The notes under the pieces: model-generated | The model's database searches: none | Seen by the model: only the letters and a program-made list of their open reading frames with translations | Told to the model about the DNA's origin: nothing | Made by a program: the position numbers and the translations under genes | Part shown: one piece after another, positions 22,701 to 29,800 of the stretch | Layout: every line of letters starts with the position of its first letter | Numbering within the stretch: position 1 is the first letter of the stretch | Origin: Planctomycetaceae bacterium | Lineage (GTDB): Bacteria > Planctomycetota > Planctomycetia > Planctomycetales > Planctomycetaceae | DNA length: 64,000 bases | Assembly: GCA_035687365.1 (NCBI GenBank) | Contig: DASRXU010000226.1 | Coordinates: 4,911 to 68,910 of the forward strand | Direction: 5' to 3'

Positions 22701-24181
22701 ACGCGTTGCTCGAAGACGCCCTGTACAACTCGCTGGTGAAGAGCAAACGGCAGCAGTTTCATCAGCGGATCGCGGAGGTCTTGGAGGCGCGGTTTGCGCA
22801 GACGGTACAGACGCAGCCCGAATTGCTGGCTCACCACTTCACCGAAGCCGGAATGACCGCGAAGGCGATCGTCTATTGGCTAACGGCGGGGTTGCGTTCG
22901 CGGCAGCGGTCGGCCGAGATCGAGGCGATCGGCCACCTCACGAAAGGACGCGCGCTCTTGGAGACGCTCGCTCCTTCGACCGAGCGCGACGCCCAAGAAC
23001 TCGAGCTGCTCGGCCCGCTGGGCGTCGCGTACGTCGCGGTGCGGGGCTACGCCGCGCCCGAAGTCGAGCCGGTCTTTCGCCGGGCACGCGAGCTCTGTGA
23101 ACGGGTCGGACAGCCGCTGCAGCTGTTCGCGATCATGCTCGGCATTTGGGAGTGGCACACCGTGCGGGGCGACCTGCGGCTGTGTGCCGATCTCGCGGTG
23201 GAGGGCATCGACTTCGCTCAGTCGCAGAACGATCCGGGCATCATGATGGAAGCCCTGTTCATGCGGGGGGAGACGATGCTGCATCGCGGCGACTTCGCCG
23301 GCGCTCGGGAGAGCTTTGCGGACGCCGTCGAACACTACGACGATCGGGAACGGACGAAAGCTTGGGCCGTTCACACCAGTCATGACGCGGGCATCACGCA
23401 CCGCAGCAACCTCGCCGTCGCCTTGTGGCACCAGGGCTATCCGGACCAGGCGATTCGGGCCAATCGCGAAATGTGCGAACTGGCCCGACAAATCGGTCAT
23501 CCGTACAGCCTGGCCTACGCGATGCATCACACCGCATGGCTCTTCCAACTCTGCCGGATTGGGAGCGAGGTCCGCTCTGCGGCGCATGAAGGAACGGCGA
23601 TCGCAACCGCGCAGGGCTTTGCGCTGTGGCGTGCGACCGGCGCGTTCTTCGCGGGGGGCGGCCTCTTGCTCGAAGGCAAGGTGCCTGACGCGATTCCCTT
23701 GCTGCTGGGAGGTGTTGCGGCCTTCGAGGCGGGCGGGGCCGAGCTAACTCTCTCGTTTCAGTTCGGCACTCTGGGAGAAGCCTATCTGCAGCTTGGCCGC
23801 TTCGCTGAAGCTCATGCCGCCCTGGATCGAGGGCTGGCGATCGTCGAGAAGAACGACGAGCGCTGCCACGAGCCGGAGCTGTTACGACTCAAGGGAGAGC
23901 TGCTGCTAAGCGAGTCAGCGGAGTCCGCGTCCTCCGTCGCTGCTGAAGAGTATTTCCAGCGCGCGATTGAGACTGCGCGTCAGCAACAAAGTCGGGCTTG
24001 GGAGTTTCGGACGACGATGAGTCTCGCCCGGCTCTGGAAACGGCAAGGTCGCAGCGAGGAAGCTCGCCGCGCCCTGGCGGCCGTCTTCGAGAGCTATCAA
24101 GAGGGTTTCGCGACTCCGGATCTTGTGGAAGCCGCGGCACTCCTAAAGGCCATGAGTCTCTTGAACCGGTGCCAGCAATGA
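19769..24181 (+). CDS. Multidomain Ser/Thr protein kinase - class III cyclase-homology domain (degenerate) - STAND/AAA ATPase - TPR protein
   Basis: 1470 aa. Kinase motifs GSFGTVY, VAIKVL, HRDVKPANI, DFGLA, GTPSYMAPE. Cyclase-like ERRQVTVLICGTDLFES...VVQCNEQGLLACFGFP...GLHTGPALV...GEARNVALKL. Walker A GEAGVGKS and Walker B LFVIEDLHWVD. Long C-terminal TPR-like helical repeats. Confidence 0.9.
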   Translation: MGNSTPPEPQDSFILDSGATPPDPAARSSASDQDALLTFIAGSEIPVTSVPAAVPPAFGRYTVQRALGAGSFGTVYLGHDAQLDRPVAIKVLRSGPNVPREEADRLMQEARKLARLHHPGIVTVHDVGTQDGQVFIVSNYLDGQNLADRLKQNPPNWPEAARIAACVAEALAHAHAHFTIHRDVKPANIIMTSAGQPVLVDFGLALDDSSAGGRELGIVSGTPSYMAPEQVAGAAHRIDGRTDVYSLGVVLYQMLCGRVPFRASTTRELLRQVRDDEPQPLRQVVLNLPPELERICFKALAKKIQDRYGTASDFAEDLRRAIQAASDSTGSSFVRHSIVLEPDAPASSSMSTGSVPSGATVSGLSSAAHSLANAPPLASSRSSSIQSSANFSSSRRRIREAERRQVTVLICGTDLFESEAYLENLEAEDQAKVLGAFQQACTAAVRPFDGTVVQCNEQGLLACFGFPVAYEDSARRAARAGLNLLTAMDELGKDFQHKHQLELSPWVGLHTGPALVEEKEDAFSLVGEARNVALKLAESAEPGQLICTEATHRLIWFRFQCASLGRRKIKGVPEPVELFEVQGLSLNRTSLDAAGPTGLTPLTGRDHETALLQDRWDQAKEGMGQVVLLPGEAGVGKSRLVYTLEQYVESQSAEGESPAGSVAAAEAEATPGATVIKWRCSPHFQNTGLYPAIEFFKQALALRPDEAPSAQLDRLIDYLRQHDLARPDTVPLFASLLSLPADERFPPLGLSPVREREEMFQALADWLSAAASRQPVLFVIEDLHWVDASTKEFLTKFLAEGLHERILALLTFRPEFQPPWPSVGSQHTTLTLNRLNRRQVAEFMAKKLKSAAPEKLVDQIYDRTGGVPLFVEEFTKMVQESGALKGTKAGGTPIAALPAHEIPSTLQDLIMARLDRLEGDREIAQLAATIGREFSYELLAAVVTLDEPTLQAELTKLVQAEILFQKGRLPKCSYAFKHALLEDALYNSLVKSKRQQFHQRIAEVLEARFAQTVQTQPELLAHHFTEAGMTAKAIVYWLTAGLRSRQRSAEIEAIGHLTKGRALLETLAPSTERDAQELELLGPLGVAYVAVRGYAAPEVEPVFRRARELCERVGQPLQLFAIMLGIWEWHTVRGDLRLCADLAVEGIDFAQSQNDPGIMMEALFMRGETMLHRGDFAGARESFADAVEHYDDRERTKAWAVHTSHDAGITHRSNLAVALWHQGYPDQAIRANREMCELARQIGHPYSLAYAMHHTAWLFQLCRIGSEVRSAAHEGTAIATAQGFALWRATGAFFAGGGLLLEGKVPDAIPLLLGGVAAFEAGGAELTLSFQFGTLGEAYLQLGRFAEAHAALDRGLAIVEKNDERCHEPELLRLKGELLLSESAESASSVAAEEYFQRAIETARQQQSRAWEFRTTMSLARLWKRQGRSEEARRALAAVFESYQEGFATPDLVEAAALLKAMSLLNRCQQ

Positions 24182-24185
24182 AAAC

Positions 24186-24212
24186 ACGGCTGAGCGTTTA
24201 CCGCTCAGCCGT
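24186..24212. terminator. Bidirectional stem-loop between convergent genes
   Basis: ACGGCTGAGCG-tttac-CGCTCAGCCGT (11-bp perfect stem), located 5 nt after the stop of 19769-24181 and 25 nt after the stop of 24237-24545. Confidence 0.6.
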
Positions 24213-24236
24213 GGCAATCAAACTTAAGAGGACGAA

Positions 24237-24545
24237 CTACTTCCGTTCGGGAAGGTGCACCTCCCGAACGGTTTTGTTGTTCCCCGCCACCACCAACTCC
24301 AGCGCCGCACCGGGCTTCAGGCGATCGTCCTTGATGCCCGCATCGCTAAGGCCTCCCTTGGGACCGAGAAACTTCGTCTTGGAATCGACCTTGTATTCCT
24401 TCTTGTCTTCCCCGTCTTTGACGAACAGCATTTTCTTTTTGACGTCAACCTTGATCAACGTCACGCTGTAGGTCTTGTCGGCGGCCAACACGGCGCTGGC
24501 GATGAACAAGAACGCAAGGACAGCGGCGACAGGGCGGCGTAACAT
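24237..24545 (-). CDS. Small secreted protein, one copy of an uncharacterised ~75-aa beta-type domain
   Basis: Signal peptide MLRRPVAAVLAFLFIASAVLA. The domain TLIKVDVKKKMLFVKDGEDKKEYKVDSKTKFLGPKGGLSDAGIKDDRLKPGAALELVV is homologous to both halves of 24613-25455. Confidence 0.65.
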   Translation of the reverse strand: MLRRPVAAVLAFLFIASAVLAADKTYSVTLIKVDVKKKMLFVKDGEDKKEYKVDSKTKFLGPKGGLSDAGIKDDRLKPGAALELVVAGNNKTVREVHLPERK

Positions 24546-24612
24546 GAGGAAACTCCCGGATGCGATTGGGCGAGGACAACTCTGTGAATGAGATCGGAAC
24601 GGATCAGCCGGG

Positions 24613-25455
24613 TTAGGCGGCTTTCTTGACTCGGCGGCTCACTGCCGTGTTCACCTTCACTTCTTTGACTTTGCGACCGCCTACTTCGGTGATGACCGTC
24701 AGCGGCGCGCCGGCTTGAAGGGCGGGGTCGCTCAAACCTTTCCGGCTCACCCGACTATTGACCAGGATTTTCACGTCGTTCGACAACAGGAACGAGCGAT
24801 CTTTGCCGTTAACGAGCGAAATGACCAGCATCCGCCTGGCCGGGTCAAAGCTCTTCACCTTGCCGGGGAATTCGCTGTCTTCGTCCTCTTCTTCGTCTTT
24901 GGCGGCGTCCTTGCCAGCCGTCCGCTTAGAGTCAGTCGTGCCACGAAACCGCGATGTGCGCGTGGTGGTCGCCGGCGTGGTGGGAGTCGAGGACGGTGCC
25001 GGGCTGGTCGACGGAGTCGTGGTCTCGGAATCGTTCGTGTTGGGCGTGCTGCTCGGCGACTTCGAGGAACCGGAAACTCGCGTCCTGGGCGATCCGGCCG
25101 TCGCTTTCATTTCGCGGGCCTTGCGATCGTAGCCGAGATGAAGTTCGGCCGCCGTGGTGCCGTTGGCCACGACCGTGATCGGAAGGCCGCTGTGGAATCG
25201 GTGGTCCTTGAGCCGACTGTGCACCACTCCGCCGCGCGGACCGACGATCACCGTCTCTTCATTGATGGAATAGGTGCGTTCACGATTGTTGCTGTCAGCA
25301 ATGGTCACCGTCCCCTTGGCGACGTCGACCGTCACGACCTTTCCCGTAACCCCGTCTTTGACTTCGGAATCCTTGGCTTCCGCGCGGGGAGCACAGAGCC
25401 CGAACAATCCGATCGCCAAACTGCATAACACGGCAACTGTCGGCTTACGTAACAT
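24613..25455 (-). CDS. Secreted protein with two copies of the same ~75-aa domain separated by a Ser/Thr/Pro-rich and acidic linker
   Basis: Signal peptide MLRKPTVAVLCSLAIGLFGLCAPRAEA. Domain 1: GKVVTVDVAKGTVTIADSNNRERTYSINEETVIVGPRGGVVHSRLKDHRFHSGLPITVV. Linker: SSKSPSSTPNTNDSETTTPSTSPAPSSTPTTPATTT...DEEEDED. Domain 2: GKVKSFDPARRMLVISLVNGKDRSFLLSNDVKILV...LQAGAPLTVI. Confidence 0.7.
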   Translation of the reverse strand: MLRKPTVAVLCSLAIGLFGLCAPRAEAKDSEVKDGVTGKVVTVDVAKGTVTIADSNNRERTYSINEETVIVGPRGGVVHSRLKDHRFHSGLPITVVANGTTAAELHLGYDRKAREMKATAGSPRTRVSGSSKSPSSTPNTNDSETTTPSTSPAPSSTPTTPATTTRTSRFRGTTDSKRTAGKDAAKDEEEDEDSEFPGKVKSFDPARRMLVISLVNGKDRSFLLSNDVKILVNSRVSRKGLSDPALQAGAPLTVITEVGGRKVKEVKVNTAVSRRVKKAA

Positions 25456-25545
25456 GTTTCTGCTTTCTCAAGAATGATTTGCGGGAGGGGTTACGGATAT
25501 CAGGGGCGATCGAGCACCGGCCCATTGCCAGGCTCGTGCCTTGTT

Positions 25546-25923
25546 TCAAGTTTCGTTAGCGGTCGCGGGTAACTTGCCGTCTGGCGTCAGGCGGTCGACG
25601 ATTTTCGGCAGGATTTCCGCCAGGTGCGATCGCAGGACCTCCGGAGAGATGCCAACATGCGCAGCGAGCTGTTGAATCTGCTCCGAACCGAGGGCTTTTT
25701 CGAGCTGCTCCGGAGAAACCGCCTGGTTGGCCCCCGTGCCAATCCACGATTGGACCGCTTGCCCCAACCCTTTTGATTCGAGTTGTTGCAAGATGGCCGT
25801 CAATCCGCCGCCGTCGTTGGTCTGAAACTTCTTGACGACGGCATTGGCAAGCTTGGCCTGAGTAGAGTCAGGATTGCCGAATCCGGTGACAACCATTTCG
25901 GCCAGCGTGGTAAACAAACCCAT
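25546..25923 (-). CDS. YidB-like (DUF937) protein
   Basis: Internal start MGLFTTLAEMV (ATG 25921-25923) chosen because the longer ORF overlaps the upstream gene. GGGLTAILQQLESKGLGQAVQSWIGTGANQAVSPEQLEKALGSEQIQQLAAHVGISPEVLRSHLAEILPKIVDRLTPDGKLP matches the YidB pattern. Confidence 0.75.
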   Translation of the reverse strand: MGLFTTLAEMVVTGFGNPDSTQAKLANAVVKKFQTNDGGGLTAILQQLESKGLGQAVQSWIGTGANQAVSPEQLEKALGSEQIQQLAAHVGISPEVLRSHLAEILPKIVDRLTPDGKLPATANET

Positions 25924-26015
25924 GACAAACTCCTCGGCCCAAGGTTTTTCGATCAGAATCCGATTTGCGGCGGACGTTCGCACTGCCCTTCGCAGGGACA
26001 CGACTGTAAGTGACA

Positions 26016-27935
26016 CTACGGAGCCGGCGGCGGATCCGAAGAGGCCTGTTCTCCTGCCGGAGGCGTGAACGCCGCGATCAATTGCGGTGCGAGCTTGTCT
26101 TGCGGCACAAGCTTCTCGAACTTCTGAAGCTCCTTCATGGCGCTCGGAATGTGGTTCAGGACGAGGTAGTGATAGGCCAACAAGAACAGGCCATCGCTCG
26201 ATTTCGGGTGGGCCCGCACGTATTCCTCCAGCACGCGAAGTTGCCGCGTATACGTTTCCGGATCGGCATAAAGCTCGCGCAACGTCTCCCAGGTCCAACC
26301 CGGCCCCGCAGACAAAACGGCATAGGCTCCAGCCGCTGCATCGCGATACTTGCCCTGGGCGAACAGCACCAACGAACGGAATTCGTGGAGCATGGGATCG
26401 TTGGGTTGAAGCTTGATCGCCTGGTCGACTTCGCTCAGCGCTTTCGCGTAATCGTTCGATTTGAAGGCCCCGCGCGCCGCTTCGAAGATTTGAGCATCTT
26501 GCGACGGCAGTTCGTTGGCCGCTTCGGGCGGCTGACCGGCGTCGGCGACTGCGGGCGCGACCGAATTATCGTTGGGAATATCGCTGGGCGGGTACGCGTC
26601 GTATCCCGCGACCGCGCCGTTGTCCGAGTAGGTCGGAGCGACCTCTTGAGACGGCATGACAATCGGCTGCGAGTAGTCGATGTAGTTGTAGCTCGTATCG
26701 ACTGGCGCGGCGCCGACAACCACCGGCTGCGGAGCGACGTAGAACGGATTGTTGTAGACGTACGAGTCACCCGGCGACGCGAGCCAGCCCGAGGCCACAC
26801 TCGCGCCGTACCAGGCGGCCGGCGCGTGGTACCAGTTGTTCCACGAACCGTGGTTCCAGTTGCCGTAGCGACCCGACCAGTTGTTGTTCCAGTTGCCGCT
26901 GCCATTCCAATTGCCGCGACCGTTCCAATTTCCTTGGCCGTTCCAGTTGTGGTTGTTGACGACGTTGTTCGTGTTGTTGTTGACGTTGATATCGCCGCGG
27001 TTGCCACTGTTGATATTGCCGGTGTTGATGTTGGTGCGATTGCCGATATTGGTGCGGTCGCCGATGTTCGTCCGATCGCCGACGTTGGGGCGATTGACGT
27101 ACTCGGGTCGAGGCAAGCGTCCGTTTCCTCCCTGCCCCGGACGATTGGGCCAGTTCGGGCGGTTGCCGGCATTCGGCCATCGTTCTCCACTCCCGCCCTG
27201 CCCTGGACGATCGGGACGATTTCCTGCGTTGGGCCAACGCTCGCCGCTGCCTCCCTGACCCGGTCGCGATGGCTGGCCAGGCCGAGTGCCAGCTCCAGGC
27301 CACCGTTCACCTGTGCCCCCTTGCCCGGGACGAGTCGGACCCTCGGGTCGATTTCCCGCTCCGGGCCAGCGTTCTCCACTGCCACCCTGTCCCGGTCGAT
27401 TCGGTTGATTCGGACGGTTACCGATGCCCGCCCATTGTTCGCCGCCACCACCCGCGCCCGGACGATTTCCCATTACTGGTCGTTGACCGGGTTGGTTGCC
27501 GGCACCCGGACGTTGAACGTTACCCGGCACGCGATCACCGCCCGGTCGCTGTCCAGCACCGGGCCGCACTCCGGCACCTGGTCGATTCGCGCCGCCAAAA
27601 TCAGGGCGACCGGCGAAATGGTTGCCGCCGGCTTGCGGACCGCGATTGGCCATCCCACCGCCCGCGCCGCCGTGCGGAACCATGCCCGCTCCGCCGCCCC
27701 GATTAGCCGGTCGCGCCGGAGCCCCGCCGCCACCGCCAAATGACGGCGTTCGATGCATGGCTTCACCACCGCCGCCACGCGGCGCGCCACCACCGCCTCC
27801 TCGGCTGCCGCCTGCAAAACCGGCGCGACCACCGCCACCACCCGCACGTCCGCCGCGTTCACCGATTCCGAATCCCGGTTGCTGCAAGAGACCCAGGATG
27901 CACACGGCAACCAGAGTCAGTTGGATTTTTTTCAT
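26016..27935 (-). CDS. Secreted protein: RGG/Gly-Arg-Pro-rich repeats, Asn/Trp-rich repeats, C-terminal TPR-like domain
   Basis: 639 aa. Signal peptide MKKIQLTLVAVCILGLLQQPGFG. GERGGRAGGGGGRAGFAGGSRGGGGGAPRGGGGE. Four near-identical RPGQGG(S/T)GERWP(G/N)AG(N/T)RP units. DRTNIG and GNWNG repeats. C-terminal helical region FKSNDYAKALSEVDQAIKLQPNDPMLHEFRSLVLFAQGKYRDAA... Confidence 0.7.
   Translation of the reverse strand: MKKIQLTLVAVCILGLLQQPGFGIGERGGRAGGGGGRAGFAGGSRGGGGGAPRGGGGEAMHRTPSFGGGGGAPARPANRGGGAGMVPHGGAGGGMANRGPQAGGNHFAGRPDFGGANRPGAGVRPGAGQRPGGDRVPGNVQRPGAGNQPGQRPVMGNRPGAGGGGEQWAGIGNRPNQPNRPGQGGSGERWPGAGNRPEGPTRPGQGGTGERWPGAGTRPGQPSRPGQGGSGERWPNAGNRPDRPGQGGSGERWPNAGNRPNWPNRPGQGGNGRLPRPEYVNRPNVGDRTNIGDRTNIGNRTNINTGNINSGNRGDINVNNNTNNVVNNHNWNGQGNWNGRGNWNGSGNWNNNWSGRYGNWNHGSWNNWYHAPAAWYGASVASGWLASPGDSYVYNNPFYVAPQPVVVGAAPVDTSYNYIDYSQPIVMPSQEVAPTYSDNGAVAGYDAYPPSDIPNDNSVAPAVADAGQPPEAANELPSQDAQIFEAARGAFKSNDYAKALSEVDQAIKLQPNDPMLHEFRSLVLFAQGKYRDAAAGAYAVLSAGPGWTWETLRELYADPETYTRQLRVLEEYVRAHPKSSDGLFLLAYHYLVLNHIPSAMKELQKFEKLVPQDKLAPQLIAAFTPPAGEQASSDPPPAP
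27111..27443 (-). repeat. In-frame tandem coding repeats (~19-22 codons, 4 full copies + 1 partial) inside 26016-27935
   Basis: Protein residues ~165-275 contain RPGQGGSGERWPGAGNRP, RPGQGGTGERWPGAGTRP, RPGQGGSGERWPNAGNRP (twice), and RPGQGGNGRLPRP. Confidence 0.85.
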
Positions 27936-27965
27936 AAGGAAGCTCCCGTCACTGTGAGTCGATGA

Positions 27966-28904
27966 CTACCGTGTCTCGGCTGCGGCCGTTTGATCGGGCG
28001 CTCCGCGCCGGAATGTGACGAGGGAATCAGCCAAAGGTTGACTATCGATCGAGCGATCGAGGGCTTGCCATTTGAAATGATTGTCGTCGACGAACGACCA
28101 GACTTGCCGCGCCGAGGCCGTGCGCGCGTCGGGCAGCACGCCCGTCACGGCGACCTCCCACTTGTTGCCGTCGCGCTCCCAGGTGCCGTCGCTGAAGCCA
28201 CCCTTCGAGTCGAAGATCCAACTGCGAATCTGATTGTTCGCCGGATCCCAACCGATCCGCTGGGTGATCGCGAGCGGTTCCTGGTTGGGCCGTTTGATCG
28301 TGTACTCCTGAATCAGGTAACTCTTGCCCGGTCCCCAGTGGCACGTCATCTGAATGTCGGCCTCCTTGTTCTCGTCCTCCCAGCGTCCGACCAGCCATTC
28401 GAGCTGTTTCAGCCGCGTATAAGGAGTGGGCTCGACCGTTTCGGCGACCGGTGCAACGTCTTGCACGCGGGTCATTTGCCACTTGCCGTCGGACTTGACG
28501 AGCACGGCCGAAAACCGCGTTTTGTCGGTTGTTCCATCGGGTGCCGAAATCGTGACCGTGCCGTCCTCGAGAGCGACGTCGGACTTGAGCACGCGCACCG
28601 ATTGGACATCGACTTTGAGCGAATAGCCTTTCGTGGCCACGCGCCCCTTCTTGAACAGTTCGACGATCGCGTCGCGACCTTTGGTAGCCTTGCCTTCGTC
28701 ATTGATGTACTCGGCGTCGGCGGACCAGTGCTTGCCGGCTTCGTCGAACTTCTGCTTGTTGTAGGCGTCCGCATACTGGGCCACGCCTTTGCGGATTGCG
28801 GCTTCCTCATCCGAAGCGGGTTTTGCATTTTGAGCGAGGGCTGCGCCGGCAAAGCAAAGGCCCATGAGGCCTGCCAGGCCAAGAACCGGTACGCGGGTTC
28901 GCAT
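27966..28904 (-). CDS. Secreted NTF2-like (SgcJ/EcaC / DUF4440-type) protein with second C-terminal domain; paralog of 2533-3486
   Basis: Signal peptide MRTRVPVLGLAGLMGLCFAGAALA. AIRKGVAQYADAYNKQKFDEAGKHWSADAEYINDEGKATKGRDAI...VLVKSDGKWQMTRV. C-terminal half LEWLVGRWEDENKE...RIGWDPANNQIRSWIFDSKGGFSDGTWERDGNKW is colinear with the 2533-3486 product. Confidence 0.8.
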   Translation of the reverse strand: MRTRVPVLGLAGLMGLCFAGAALAQNAKPASDEEAAIRKGVAQYADAYNKQKFDEAGKHWSADAEYINDEGKATKGRDAIVELFKKGRVATKGYSLKVDVQSVRVLKSDVALEDGTVTISAPDGTTDKTRFSAVLVKSDGKWQMTRVQDVAPVAETVEPTPYTRLKQLEWLVGRWEDENKEADIQMTCHWGPGKSYLIQEYTIKRPNQEPLAITQRIGWDPANNQIRSWIFDSKGGFSDGTWERDGNKWEVAVTGVLPDARTASARQVWSFVDDNHFKWQALDRSIDSQPLADSLVTFRRGAPDQTAAAETR

Positions 28905-29800
28905 GATGAATTCCTTCAGCGGAACGAATGGGAGTGCGCGGTCGACTCGAGTGTTCCGAATCGCACGCGAGGTTTGCGTTGGGGAAGCGAAGACAAACGG
29001 GCGAGTCGGTGAGGAGATCGCCTGATGAGTGAGCCTCAGGCCAAGAGCGTTTCGTCCGCCGACATCGGAAGGCGGCCGATCCTGTGTCCGATGCAGGAAG
29101 ACTCACCTGGACAGAACAGAACAGTGCAGAATTGTAAGTCCGTCCAAAGTCCGCGCCGGAAAATCATTCACCGGACGAGCCCGCGTTCGAACTCGAGGTT
29201 TCGAGTCAGAAAGCAAAGAAATGCGCGATTCAGCATATCGGCGGTGAATCGCCGATTCAAGATCTCGCAGAGTACCGCTTCCGCGCGGAACGCATTTCGC
29301 TCGTTCACATACTCGCGGTCTACGCAATCAATTTCTTCCCCGCAGCATCCCGTTGGTCCCGCTGAGGCCGCCCGCTGGTTTCGAGCGCGCGCAACCGCAA
29401 GTCGTGCGCTCGATACATCCGGCATAACCGCGCCGCCACCAGCGCGCATCCGACTTTTCCGGCTGAACCTGCACACCCTGTTCACGCCGTTTGAGCGGCA
29501 CGACCGAAATAAAGCTTGACGCTCTGCTCACGAGATCCAGCCGCGTTCGCCTCGACTTGAATAGCGAGGGAAGTCCTTGCTTCCACATGGCTTGGAGAGC
29601 GTAGGACGGGCCGTGTTCCCTTGCCTCGGCCCCTTCGCCCATTCAGAGCTATCGCGACTCCCGCCCGGGAACGTGTCGCTTCCCAGACTGCAGCTCGGCC
29701 CACTTCTTCCGAGTAAACGCGCTCTCAGGCTCGCTCATCGATCAATACAGCCAAGAGCCGGGAAGTGGCTGAGAGGTCTGGACGAAAGGACTCACACATC

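Noticed and set aside
26010-27743. 577-aa plus-strand ORF
   Set aside because: It is exactly antisense to the repeat-rich gene 26016-27935. The product is Arg/Val/Ala-rich with no start context, signal or motifs. It is a typical GC-rich shadow ORF.
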